The notes below the pieces were generated by a model. The model saw only the letters and a list, made by a program, of their open reading frames with translations, made no database searches and had not been told where the DNA came from. A stretch of 64,000 bases of DNA from Escherichia phage SKA64. The stretch lies in the sequence record OM362897.1. The stretch is one strand, 5' to 3'. Shown one piece after another: positions 16,813 through 26,990 of the stretch. How positions within the stretch are numbered: position 1 is the first letter of the stretch; each line of letters begins with the position of its first letter. Both the position numbers and the translations under genes were made by a program.

Positions 16813-17253
16813 TTAGGGGGAAATATTAGCGGTTATATTTTAATTAAACCTGAAGATCTTCATTTATATGTCAACGAAGAAACAATAGCTGCAATTGATT
16901 ATGATCAGATCGCTTTCCAAGCAGCGTCTGCATTAGAGAAAAGAACAATCATTGCGAAGCACATCCCTTCAGGTGCTCAAAAGGAATTTAAAAATAAGAC
17001 AGAGTTTTGGGGTAAAAGCAAGACTAAAATTGGAGGTTGGCTAGGAGATACAAATGCAGAAAGAGCCTCCAAAAACAAACGTCCCTTCACAAAGGAAGAG
17101 TTCGAAATCATTGATAAGCAATACCCGCCAGAAGATATCGGACACACCTTCCAAGCAGCTAAAACAAAAGTCTTAGGTATTCTAAAACATCTACGTTTAG
17201 AAAAATATTGCGGAGTTATTGGCGTAGGAAAAACTTTCAGACACGCCTTCAAA

Positions 17254-17943
17254 ATGCCTGTAGAATATAAATCTGAACGATTAGATATCAAACCACTTCA
17301 GCTTTCAGAAACCAAAGATTATCTTGTGGAGTTCCACAATGGTGATGTTGTTACTGTAATAGAAGCTGATGATGAGTTAGAGAAGTATGGTTTCCAAGGT
17401 TATAAAGATTATAAAAGGACGGGTAAATTTTCTTATATCGTAGTATCTATAGATAAAGATAGTTTACATACTCCTAGTATCCTTTTTAATTTCTACAAAG
17501 AGGATGGAGTATTTAAAAATCCAGATATAATTCTTATTGACGAGTCTATTGGCGATATATGGATCGTAGATAAAGGTAAAAAGAAAGAAGTTAAAGGTTG
17601 GGGCAGTTACTGGTTAGCATACCAGATGCTAATGGGAGATAAAACAGATAGTATCCGACCTTATCAAGATTTTGATATTAAGTTCGGAGATATTACTTGT
17701 TTTAATCTTCTTTCAGCTTGTAAAACTCAAGCAGAACTTTTCCAAACAGTTAAAGATACTTACTACTCATGGTTCCCAGATGGTGTTAATTTTACTTCTT
17801 GGGATGGAGAAGAAGTCCATATGACAACAGATGAATGGATAGAAACAATTTTCCAGTTGGTATACATGAAACGCTGGGATAATGACGATACAACATTTGA
17901 GAGTATGCTTCAGTCATACATCTCGCAACAGGAGGCAGAGTGA
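17254..17943 (+). CDS. T4 RNase H-like 5'-3' exonuclease (FEN family), ATG-delimited part only
   Basis: VIEADDE, IVVSIDKD and LMGDKTDSIRP match FEN/RNase H motifs. The conserved N-terminal region appears to be encoded upstream in the same frame (see findings). Confidence 0.55.
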   Translation: MPVEYKSERLDIKPLQLSETKDYLVEFHNGDVVTVIEADDELEKYGFQGYKDYKRTGKFSYIVVSIDKDSLHTPSILFNFYKEDGVFKNPDIILIDESIGDIWIVDKGKKKEVKGWGSYWLAYQMLMGDKTDSIRPYQDFDIKFGDITCFNLLSACKTQAELFQTVKDTYYSWFPDGVNFTSWDGEEVHMTTDEWIETIFQLVYMKRWDNDDTTFESMLQSYISQQEAE

Positions 17944-18899
17944 GCAGATTAACAGAAGAGCAGAAAGCAGATATCCTTAGTATGAGTGCAGAGGGTATGT
18001 CTTCTCGCAATATTGCAGCAATTGTTTTAGGTAGTCCAACAAGAAAAAGCACAGTGAACGATTTCCTTGCACGATTCGGAGCAAGTAAACAAGAGCCAGT
18101 TAAAAAGAAACAACCAGTTATTAAAATTATTGATGTTGAAACTGCACCAGAGATTGCATATACTTTCCGTCGATTCAAAGCCTTCATTTCTCCAGATCAA
18201 GTAATTCGTAGGGGTTATTTGTTATCTTACTCTTCTGCTGACCTGTATACTGGTGAAGTGGAAGGTAAGAACTTGTCTTCTTATCCTCTTTTTGATATTG
18301 ATCATACAGATGATTGGGAGCTTTGCCAAGATCTTTGGAACCTTCTGAATGAGGCAGATGTAGTTGTGGCACACAACGGATATAAGTTTGACCGTGCATA
18401 CATTAACCAACGATTTGCATATCACGATATGGCTCCTCCTTCTAATTATGTAGTTGTTGATACATTGAAGGCAGCTAAGAAACAATTTGCACTTCCTTCC
18501 AACTCCCTTAAAGAAATGGGAGCATATTTCGAAACAGAAAGTGAAAAACTGGATAACGAGGGGTTCCCTTTATGGAAAGCATGTTGTGAAGGTGATCGTG
18601 ATGCTTTTGAACGTATGCAGATTTACAATGATGGTGATGTTGTTTCACTCCGTGATTTGTATATGAAAATCCTTCCGTGGATTCCACAGCATCCTAACTT
18701 ATCCGCTTATTACCCAGATGAGAAGGTCCGTTGTTCTCGTTGTGGCAGTGATCACGTTCACGTCGTTACTGGTAAACAATACCACACTGCGGTAAGTTCT
18801 TTCGATATCATTCGTTGTGAATCTTGCGGCGGTTTGTCACGTAGTAGAGCAAACACCAGATCCAAGGATAAACGAGCAGCAACTATCATTGGAATCTAA
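17940..18899 (+). CDS. DEDD-family 3'-5' exonuclease with N-terminal HTH and C-terminal zinc ribbon
   Basis: IDVETA, VVAHNGYKFD and YNDGDVVSLRDLY exonuclease motifs, plus CSRCGS...CESCGG. Confidence 0.5.
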   Translation: MSRLTEEQKADILSMSAEGMSSRNIAAIVLGSPTRKSTVNDFLARFGASKQEPVKKKQPVIKIIDVETAPEIAYTFRRFKAFISPDQVIRRGYLLSYSSADLYTGEVEGKNLSSYPLFDIDHTDDWELCQDLWNLLNEADVVVAHNGYKFDRAYINQRFAYHDMAPPSNYVVVDTLKAAKKQFALPSNSLKEMGAYFETESEKLDNEGFPLWKACCEGDRDAFERMQIYNDGDVVSLRDLYMKILPWIPQHPNLSAYYPDEKVRCSRCGSDHVHVVTGKQYHTAVSSFDIIRCESCGGLSRSRANTRSKDKRAATIIGI

Positions 18900-18905
18900 T
18901 AATCA

Positions 18906-18930
18906 GGGAGCTTATTGCTCCCTTTTTTAT
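18906..18930 (+). terminator. rho-independent terminator
   Basis: GGGAGC-TTATT-GCTCCC followed by TTTTTT. Confidence 0.6.
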
Positions 18931-18958
18931 TGACAAAAATTTTATATTAGTGTATACT
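18930..18958 (+). promoter_or_regulatory. sigma70-like promoter
   Basis: TTGACA, 17-nt spacer, TATACT, just after the terminator. Confidence 0.5.
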
Positions 18959-19205
18959 CTGCTAACCACAATAAAAGGAGGAAATATGAGCATTACATTA
19001 ACAGGTAACGAAATTTTCGAACTGTTTGAAATGTTAGGTCTAAACTATACCATCGAGAAAGACCCAGATTTACTTGACGTTGAAATAACAATTCAAGAAG
19101 ATACAGCAATCTACAATGATGATGGTGATGTTATCTATCAAGGTAGGGTAGCTTATTATACAGACTACCCAGAAGAAGGCGCAGTAGGAATTCAGGAGGA
19201 AAATT

Positions 19206-19607
19206 ATGTCTAATGCTTTTGATAATCAGGTTGACGGTGATCACTACACAAAAATGGCAATGCAACCTATTGAACTAGCTTATTTGGTTGGTGGCACACC
19301 TTGTTTTTGCAAATTGGCAAAATACGCAACACGTATTAAAGGTGAACGTCAGATTAACCTAGATAAAGCTATTCATTGTATTGAACTAGAAAGAACTCTT
19401 ATGCAAAATAACACGTATATGGTTCGTGAAAATTATCCATCTATGACAAATGCAGCTAAACATGATCAAGCTATGCTTCTTATTGATTTCTTCACAAAAG
19501 ATCCTTTAGTACGAGTAGCACTGAAACACATGTATAACTCTTCTTATGTAGATGCAATCGAAGCTATTAAACAACTTAAGGAACGTATTAGTGGCGAGCA
19601 ATACTAA
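19206..19607 (+). CDS. hypothetical protein
   Basis: 133-aa ORF overlapping the upstream stop. Confidence 0.35.
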   Translation: MSNAFDNQVDGDHYTKMAMQPIELAYLVGGTPCFCKLAKYATRIKGERQINLDKAIHCIELERTLMQNNTYMVRENYPSMTNAAKHDQAMLLIDFFTKDPLVRVALKHMYNSSYVDAIEAIKQLKERISGEQY

Positions 19608-19774
19608 ACAATATGGAGCAGGAGAAGTTTATAAAATATTCAACCGAAAAGGTGATAAACTTTTACTAACTTTGACTATTCCAGAAACAATGTGCAAGGC
19701 GGGGTTAGACCGCCTTTTGTTTTTTAAACACAATATCCCACCAGGGGAATATACAGCTAAAAAGGTGAGCAATA

Positions 19775-20350
19775 TTGGCAGGTGAACCAAAAATAATGTG
19801 GGGTGAAGGAACACCCTGGAAAACACAAGCTGAATTTTATACTTATCTTAGGGGATGTTTTAGAAAAGCATGGATGAGACACCCTAATAAAATTAAGGTT
19901 ATCAATGCAAGGCGTTTTAAAGTTGATCGTGTAGATAAAGACGGCAATGTGATGATAGACAAGAAAACTGGAAAACCAAAACAAGTTTGGAATTGTGAGT
20001 GCGAAATATGTGGACACAGAGGAGGAATGAAAGACTTCCAAGTGGATCATATTCACGCAGCAAAACAACTTCAATGTTTTGAGGATATTCCCCTTTTTGT
20101 TTTCCGTTTGATCTATGTGAAAGAAGAAGATTTGCGAATGGTTTGTAAATTGTGCAACTCTATTCTTGCTTATGCAGACAAGCAAGGCATATCTTTTGAA
20201 GAGGCAAAAGCTGAAAAAGAAGCGATAGCTTTGTGTAGAGCTAAGAAAGATAAAGCGTGGCTGAAGAAGCGTAAAATAGAACCTGAAAGCACAGTAGCAA
20301 AACGCCGTAAACAAATAGTCAAAATCCTATTGCAGGAAATTGAAAGTTAG
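19775..20350 (+). CDS. HNH endonuclease
   Basis: CECEICG...QVDHIHA...CKLCNS: two Cys pairs bracketing a DH...N core. Confidence 0.5.
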   Translation: MAGEPKIMWGEGTPWKTQAEFYTYLRGCFRKAWMRHPNKIKVINARRFKVDRVDKDGNVMIDKKTGKPKQVWNCECEICGHRGGMKDFQVDHIHAAKQLQCFEDIPLFVFRLIYVKEEDLRMVCKLCNSILAYADKQGISFEEAKAEKEAIALCRAKKDKAWLKKRKIEPESTVAKRRKQIVKILLQEIES

Positions 20351-20386
20351 TATAAGATAACTATACTAAAAGAGAGAGGAGGTTTT

Positions 20387-20995
20387 ATGCAGATAGTATG
20401 TGATTGGGATTTAGTTGTGGCTCCATTAGATGTTGCTTGGTTAGAATGGTTGAATAAGATTAGTGGACTTGGTGTTAAGATAGACACATTCACAAAAAAT
20501 GCAGACTATGATCTTACCAACTACTTTCCTGGTTTCAGGGAGGAGTTCAATATAGATCCTTACGGATTTCTGGATAATCCTCATCTCTATGATACAATGG
20601 GTTTTGTTCCAGGTATGCCAGATTTCTTAAAGTATGTTTCAAGGAAAGGTAGCAATCTTTTGATCGCAAGTGTGACAAAAGGTGGTCACTTAAGTTCTAA
20701 ACATAAGCATGTTTTAAGAACATTAGATACGATTGATTTTAGCAAAGGATCTGGCAACGGCTTTTTTGCTACGAAAGAAAAATACTTATTGCCTTGTGAT
20801 ATAGCAATAGATGACAGGGCTGATAACCTACTATATTTTCCAGATGAAGTGGTTAAAATATATTTTAATACGCCTTATAAAGATAACCATCTAGAAGAAC
20901 TAAAGAAAAAACCAAATGTTGTGATCACAGGTTTAGAAGATCAGTGGCTAACATGTTTGGATGTTTTTAACACTTTGAACAATTTTAAAAACTAA
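20387..20995 (+). CDS. HAD-like hydrolase, possible 5'-deoxyribonucleotidase
   Basis: N-terminal IVCDWDLVVA fits HAD motif I (DxDxV). Weak assignment. Confidence 0.3.
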   Translation: MQIVCDWDLVVAPLDVAWLEWLNKISGLGVKIDTFTKNADYDLTNYFPGFREEFNIDPYGFLDNPHLYDTMGFVPGMPDFLKYVSRKGSNLLIASVTKGGHLSSKHKHVLRTLDTIDFSKGSGNGFFATKEKYLLPCDIAIDDRADNLLYFPDEVVKIYFNTPYKDNHLEELKKKPNVVITGLEDQWLTCLDVFNTLNNFKN

Positions 20996-21004
20996 GGAGA
21001 AAAA

Positions 21005-22003
21005 ATGACAAAACAGATTTCGGCTAGTATTATTGCGCATTCCATTACTGAAGACGGAAAAGAGATTGTAACTTTTGAACTAGAATATCCACGTATTATT
21101 CATTCAGAATTGATGACTCACCGCCTGTTCAGTCGTAATGCTGCTTCTAGCCGTGCTATACCTGTTAAAACACTGATTGAAATGGTGCGAAATCAACCTG
21201 CTCGTCCTTATCGTTTTGGGGCTAACCAACCTGGTATGCAGGATAAAGGTGTTGATCATGACGCTCTTATTGATGCAGGTTATACTGCTCAAGAGTGGTG
21301 GGATCTTGCCGCGCTTAGTGCAGCACGTTTTGCAGAAGAATTCTCTTTGGCAGGGTACCACAAACAAGTTGCAAACCGTCTTCTGGAACCTTTCCAACGA
21401 ATTAAAACAGTTCTGACAGCAACAGAATATGAAAATTTTTGGTGGCTACGTGATGACAAAGAAGCCGATCCTACTATCGAAGCTTTGGCTAAAGAGATGC
21501 ACAAAGAGTATGAAGGATCTACACCAGAAGTGCTGAAACCAGGGCAATGGCACACACCTTATGTAGACCATTTCTATGATAATATTGGTACAGAAGGTGA
21601 CGATCATTTTGTTTTTGGTGGATACTACGTTCAAGATGAATCTGGAGAAGTTGTTGTGCTTACTTTGGAAGAAGCCAAAGCTATTTCAGCTTCGTGTTGT
21701 GCACAGGTTAGCTATCGTCGTTTAAATGCAACTAAAGATAAAGCTTTAGATATCTATGGTCGCTTGCTGACTGGGCGCAAGGTTCATGCTTCTCCGTTTG
21801 AACATCAAGCCACTCCAATTCAAGAAACATGCGAACAATATGGAGAGAACTGTTTTGAAGATTTGTTTATCAATGCTCCTTGGGATTTTAACTCTTGGGA
21901 ACCAGGTATTACCCATGTAGATCGTAATGGTAAGTTTTGGTCTGGCAATTTCAAAGGCTGGATTCAACATCGTCAACTTTTAACAAATCATACTAAATGG
22001 TGA
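21005..22003 (+). CDS. thyX: flavin-dependent thymidylate synthase (ThyX-like)
   Basis: ELMTHRLFSRNAASSRAIP resembles the ThyX RHR-x7-S signature. ORF is longer than a typical ThyX. Confidence 0.55.
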   Translation: MTKQISASIIAHSITEDGKEIVTFELEYPRIIHSELMTHRLFSRNAASSRAIPVKTLIEMVRNQPARPYRFGANQPGMQDKGVDHDALIDAGYTAQEWWDLAALSAARFAEEFSLAGYHKQVANRLLEPFQRIKTVLTATEYENFWWLRDDKEADPTIEALAKEMHKEYEGSTPEVLKPGQWHTPYVDHFYDNIGTEGDDHFVFGGYYVQDESGEVVVLTLEEAKAISASCCAQVSYRRLNATKDKALDIYGRLLTGRKVHASPFEHQATPIQETCEQYGENCFEDLFINAPWDFNSWEPGITHVDRNGKFWSGNFKGWIQHRQLLTNHTKW

Positions 22004-22019
22004 TCTGTTTAAATAGTTA

Positions 22020-22047
22020 TTGACTTTAGTATTAGTTTTAGTATAAT
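22020..22047 (+). promoter_or_regulatory. sigma70-like promoter
   Basis: TTGACT, 16-17 nt spacer, TATAAT. Confidence 0.5.
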
Positions 22048-22068
22048 ATAGCACAATACTGGGAGGAG

Positions 22069-22512
22069 GTGAGTCCTCCCATTCAAAATGAAGGAGAAAA
22101 TATGTCATTAGTAAATACTACAACTTGGGCTACCGTAAGCATGTCTACTGTAATGTCTACCCCTATCTGGAAACTAGAATCAAATAAACACAATGGTAAT
22201 ATCCCACACGAGAAACAAAATGCTGTTATTAGAGCGTCGCTTGTAATGCTGGGTATGGCTGAAGATTCACACTATTCTGTTGAGCGTAATGTGAATATCC
22301 GAAGCAATAACGATAAGCGAGTAGTGTTTGCAAATACAACGCTTTTCACTTTCCCTGTTTCACCTAATTGTGGTTTTAAACGAATCTATCAAGAAAATGA
22401 TATTTTTCATTTTGGTGATGAAGAATTTACAGGTTGGGGTGCGTCACATATTAAGATGGATGATTTCGGTAACTCTTATGATCCTGCGAAAGCAGATGAT
22501 ACTAATCAATGA
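22069..22512 (+). CDS. hypothetical protein
   Basis: 147-aa ORF downstream of the promoter. Confidence 0.35.
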   Translation: MSPPIQNEGENMSLVNTTTWATVSMSTVMSTPIWKLESNKHNGNIPHEKQNAVIRASLVMLGMAEDSHYSVERNVNIRSNNDKRVVFANTTLFTFPVSPNCGFKRIYQENDIFHFGDEEFTGWGASHIKMDDFGNSYDPAKADDTNQ

Positions 22513-22779
22513 GAGGGACAATGACTGATAATAAATATGAAGGCTGTGAAATCGAAGTCTATTTTGATGAAACTGTTGGTTGTAATGTAACTGTAATTCT
22601 AGACACTTCAAAACGTTTATCTCCTAAAAGACAAGAAGCAGACCGTCGAGCAAAAGCAAAAGGGTTTGATGACATAACTCATTTTGAAGGTTTTCTATAT
22701 GCTAATGGACTTTTTAATGAAATGAAGTTCGGTTATGATGTAGATGTTTTGAATATGCATTAATAATAGGGAGGAGAAG

Positions 22780-25020
22780 TTGATTCGTTTTGTAACTAAA
22801 TCTAACGGTAAGACAGAGGAGTTTAATCCAGAAAAACTTCGCAAGTGGTCTGAATTTGCAGCAGGTAAACTAAACTGGTCTGAAATTGAATTAGAAGCTG
22901 TGAAGCGGTGTTATGACGGTGTGTCTACGCGTGATCTGCATAAAGCAATGATTGCAGCGTGTATTGACAAGAAAACACAAGCTTACAGTGATATGGCAGG
23001 AAGACTTCTTCTGGGTATGATTTACAAACAGGCTCATGGGGGATACCACAGTATCCCTTCACTGAATACCTTTTATCATGATATGGTAGAACGTGGACAT
23101 TGGGCTAAAATGGATTATACTGATGAAGAGATCAAAGAAATAGGTAAGATTGTAAAGCATAATAAAAATCTAACTTATGGTTATTCTGTTTTACGTCAGA
23201 TGGTAGATAAATATCTTATTCGAGATGCAGTAAACGATGTGGTGCATGAGTCTCCACAGTTTCTTTTCATTGGTATCGCAATGAAGGTTATGGAGATCCA
23301 ACCAAAAGAACGCCGTATAGAAGATATTAAAAAACTTTATACTTATGTTAGCGATCTTAAGATTAATCTGCCATCGCCGTATCTGACAACTCTACGAACT
23401 CCAATCAAAGGAAGTGCGTCTTGTTGTTTATTCCGTGCAGACGATACGGCAGAATCTTTAGCCATTGCTAATTACTTAGCTCATGAGTATACGTTGAATA
23501 ACGCAGGTATTGGTGTTAATCTTCAAACTCGTGCCACAGGTCAAGGTGTTAAGAATAATCGTATTATTCATGGTGGTCTTCTTCCGTATCTGAAATGGAT
23601 GGAAGATAGTGTTGGAGCTTCGAAGCAAGCAAGCCGTGGAGGTAGTGCTACAGTTACCTTTACCATACTTGAACCAGACTTCGACGATCTGATTCGACTG
23701 AAGAATCCAACAACACCTATAGATAAACGAGTAGACAAACTGGATTATTCTATTGTTGTTAACCGTTCGTTCTTGCGTCGAGCAGCAAAAAACGAAGATT
23801 GGATGTTAGTTAGTTGTGATGATGCTCCTGAACTTTATGAAGCTTTGTATAAAAGTGAAGAAGAGTTTGATGCAGTTTATGACAAAGTAAGCCGTCGTCG
23901 CATTAAGAAAAAATTTGTTAAGGCTCGTGATCTTCTGACAGAGATTATTGTTCAACGTGCAGAAACAGGACGTATTTACATGTTCTTTGCTGACAACGTT
24001 AACAACCATACACCTTTCCTGGATACGGTGTATCAATCAAACCTGTGTCAAGAGATCTTCTTACCAACTAAAGCTTTCCACAGTATGCCGGATCTCTTTA
24101 CTGGTGAGAATACAGAAGATCAAGAATTGGCTTTATGCTTCTTATCTTCTATTGTTGCTGGTCGTGTCTTACCTGAAGAATATGAGGATGTTGCATATTA
24201 CACTGTATTGACAATTGACAACGTTATTGAAACAATGGATTATCCATTTAAACATAACGAAATAACTGCTAAAGCACGTAGATCTATTGGTGTAGGCATT
24301 ACAAACTTAGCGCATTACTTGGCAAGTAATTTTGTAAATTATTCAGATGCTTATGCTAAAAAATTAATGCATGAACTTGCAGAACGTCATTACTTTTGGT
24401 TGGCAAAAGCCTCTCTGCGTCTGGCTAAGGAAAAAGGTAATGCGGAATGGATCGATAAGACCAAATGGCCTCAAGGTTGGCTACCAATTGACACTTATGC
24501 TAAAACAGTAGATAGTATCGGTAATTTTGATCTTAAAATGGATTGGGAAGGCTTACGTGCTGAAATCATTGAACAAGGTGGTATCCGTAACAGTGTCTTG
24601 GCTGCTATTGCACCTAATGAGTCCAGCAGTTTGGTAAGCAATACTACTAACTCTCTGTATCCTGTTCGTGATACTATTATGTATAAACAAAGTCAGAAAG
24701 GTAGTGTATTATTTATTGTCCCAGACTACGAAAAACTGAAGATGTTTTACCAGTCTGCCTGGGATACTCCGGCTAAAGATCTTGCAGAAATGTATGGTAT
24801 CTTTACCAAGTTTACGGACCAAGGGATTTCTTGTGATTCTTGGCTAGATTATTCTAAATTGGTAGGGGGACGTTTATCAGTTAAAGAAGAGATGAAATTT
24901 ATTTTGAACTTTGCTAGACTGGGTGGTAAGTCATTGTATTACCTTAATAGTAGAACAAAATCAGCAGATTCTTTAGCACAAGAAGATTCTGATGGTGGTT
25001 GTGAAGCTTGCAAGATGTGA
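22780..25020 (+). CDS. nrdA: ribonucleotide reductase class Ia alpha subunit
   Basis: 746 aa. N-terminal ATP-cone-like region, catalytic SNLCQEIFLP, C-terminal Cys pair CEAC. TTG start after gggaggag. Confidence 0.85.
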   Translation: MIRFVTKSNGKTEEFNPEKLRKWSEFAAGKLNWSEIELEAVKRCYDGVSTRDLHKAMIAACIDKKTQAYSDMAGRLLLGMIYKQAHGGYHSIPSLNTFYHDMVERGHWAKMDYTDEEIKEIGKIVKHNKNLTYGYSVLRQMVDKYLIRDAVNDVVHESPQFLFIGIAMKVMEIQPKERRIEDIKKLYTYVSDLKINLPSPYLTTLRTPIKGSASCCLFRADDTAESLAIANYLAHEYTLNNAGIGVNLQTRATGQGVKNNRIIHGGLLPYLKWMEDSVGASKQASRGGSATVTFTILEPDFDDLIRLKNPTTPIDKRVDKLDYSIVVNRSFLRRAAKNEDWMLVSCDDAPELYEALYKSEEEFDAVYDKVSRRRIKKKFVKARDLLTEIIVQRAETGRIYMFFADNVNNHTPFLDTVYQSNLCQEIFLPTKAFHSMPDLFTGENTEDQELALCFLSSIVAGRVLPEEYEDVAYYTVLTIDNVIETMDYPFKHNEITAKARRSIGVGITNLAHYLASNFVNYSDAYAKKLMHELAERHYFWLAKASLRLAKEKGNAEWIDKTKWPQGWLPIDTYAKTVDSIGNFDLKMDWEGLRAEIIEQGGIRNSVLAAIAPNESSSLVSNTTNSLYPVRDTIMYKQSQKGSVLFIVPDYEKLKMFYQSAWDTPAKDLAEMYGIFTKFTDQGISCDSWLDYSKLVGGRLSVKEEMKFILNFARLGGKSLYYLNSRTKSADSLAQEDSDGGCEACKM

Positions 25021-25028
25021 TGAAACTA

Positions 25029-25050
25029 GGGGCTTCGGCCCCTTTTTATT
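25029..25050 (+). terminator. rho-independent terminator
   Basis: GGGGC-TTCG-GCCCC followed by TTTTT. Confidence 0.6.
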
Positions 25051-25064
25051 GAGGAGAATTTTAA

Positions 25065-26150
25065 ATGGCAGCAATTAATTTACACAATGAAGTTTACAAA
25101 ACAGGAAAATATCCAGTATTTTTGGGGGAGCAATTAGGGATCTTTGATTCTGTTAACGTAACTTATCCAGAAATGCACAAACTCTACAAACTTCAAAAAG
25201 CACAAGATTGGGATGAAAACGAAGTTAATCTGGATCAGACACGTAAAGATTTCGTAGCTTGTTCTAAAAACAACTATGATGTTATGATTAAAAACTTATC
25301 GTTCCAATGGGAAAATGATTCTCTTGCAAAATCAATCATCACTTTGTTCTCTCCATTCTTGAGTAACAATGAAGCCTGTGCTATGATGATGAAGCAGAGT
25401 GAAATGGAAGTTCTCCATGCGTTAACGTATTCTGAAATAATCCGCCAATGTACTCCAGATCCAATTGAAGTCATCAATCAGATTATGGTTAATGATAAAA
25501 TTTTCAATCGTATGGGTATCATTGCTGATATCATGGGTCAGTTGGAAGAAGCTGGTCATAAGTATGCTCTAGGATTGATTGAAGCTAACGATGAACTTCG
25601 ATTGCTGATTCTTAAAGGGATGGTAGCCCTGATTGGATTAGAAGGTATTCAGTTTATATCTTCCTTCTCTGCTACTTTTGCTATGGCAGAACAACAACTG
25701 TTTGTTGGGGCTTGTAAACTGATCCAGAAAATTATGCTAGATGAAATCTTGCATGTTAAGATGGATTATGCTGTAATTGATGCATTGATGCATGACCCAA
25801 TTTGGCGTAAAATTTACGAAGACAATATTGAAGAGTTGACTTTGATCCTCGACACTGTTGTTGAACAAGAGGAACAGTGGTGTGACTACCTGTTTAGTGA
25901 AGGTCGTTTTATTGTAGGTCTTAACGCCGAATTGTCTAAACAGTGGGTTTATTTCAATGCTGCTCCTATTTATCGTCGATTGAAAATGAAAGCCAAGTTT
26001 AAAGCACCTAAACATAGTCCTTTAGCTTGGATGGAAAAATGGTTGAATCCTGATTTGATTCAGTCAGCAGCCCAAGAGATTCAGTTAACTAATTACAAAT
26101 TGAATTCAGCTAACAAAGATCTCTCTGATGATGAGGAGCTTGACTTCTAA
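25065..26150 (+). CDS. nrdB: ribonucleotide reductase beta subunit
   Basis: 361 aa. Iron-ligand region EMEVLHALTYSE and acidic C-terminal tail DDEELDF. Confidence 0.8.
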   Translation: MAAINLHNEVYKTGKYPVFLGEQLGIFDSVNVTYPEMHKLYKLQKAQDWDENEVNLDQTRKDFVACSKNNYDVMIKNLSFQWENDSLAKSIITLFSPFLSNNEACAMMMKQSEMEVLHALTYSEIIRQCTPDPIEVINQIMVNDKIFNRMGIIADIMGQLEEAGHKYALGLIEANDELRLLILKGMVALIGLEGIQFISSFSATFAMAEQQLFVGACKLIQKIMLDEILHVKMDYAVIDALMHDPIWRKIYEDNIEELTLILDTVVEQEEQWCDYLFSEGRFIVGLNAELSKQWVYFNAAPIYRRLKMKAKFKAPKHSPLAWMEKWLNPDLIQSAAQEIQLTNYKLNSANKDLSDDEELDF

Positions 26151-26654
26151 TGATTTTGAGATGTGTTGGTATAATCGACACATTCAAAGACGTTTTTGAT
26201 AAAGGGGCTTCTTATGAAGCCTCCGAAATGAAGAATGGTTTTTGTGATGTATTCGGTAAACGCCTGAAGAAAAACGGCGATCCTTGGCTAGGAGTTATGT
26301 CTTGTGGTCATATTATTGTAAATGGTGTTGCCAAGTTTGAAATAATTAAGGAGGAATAATGGCTGAAAAACTTATTTTTTGTCCTGTGTGCGGTGGGACT
26401 GGACAGATGGAAGTGGAAATTATGGTAACATTTCCTTGCCTGAATTGTCATGGTGAAGGACGAGTAGTAATCTTTGAAAAAGAAGGGTTGGAGGTAGAAG
26501 ATGGAGAGTGAAAAAGAGTATGTTCGCATTCCACGAGAATTAACAGATCACATTGCAGAAGCAATAGCTTTCGAAGCTAGATGTTGTGGAGGCATTGCTT
26601 ACGATATTTATGAAGCAATTATTAAAGCTGCTCAAGAAGAGGAGGAGATGAAAA

Positions 26655-26981
26655 ATGGGTATTGATATCGAATGGCGTATGTTACAGGGTGCACCTTTTA
26701 ATAAGTGGGAAGAGGCTGTAGGAGAAGATCCTAGAATTGAAGAAGAATTTGACGGAGATTTTAACTGGTTCTTACAAGAAGGTCTTGACTTAAGCCGCAT
26801 CTCTCCTTTCTACGATGCGGATGAGTCTTATTGCATATATGGCCTTGATTTAGAAGGCGGAGAAGGAAGCATAGCTGTAGATCTTGAGCAATTGAATGAG
26901 AATGCAAAAGAAGCCTATGCAAAGCTACTTGAAAAATATAACATTAAAACGGAAACTATTATTTCTCAACATGTTTGGTAA
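26655..26981 (+). CDS. hypothetical acidic protein
   Basis: 108-aa ORF just upstream of the rfb block. Confidence 0.35.
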   Translation: MGIDIEWRMLQGAPFNKWEEAVGEDPRIEEEFDGDFNWFLQEGLDLSRISPFYDADESYCIYGLDLEGGEGSIAVDLEQLNENAKEAYAKLLEKYNIKTETIISQHVW

Positions 26982-26990
26982 GGAGAACTG

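Noticed and set aside
23806-24211. Antisense or alternative-frame ORFs inside nrdA (76 and 87 aa)
   Set aside because: Embedded in a highly conserved 746-aa gene; low-complexity translations with no start context.
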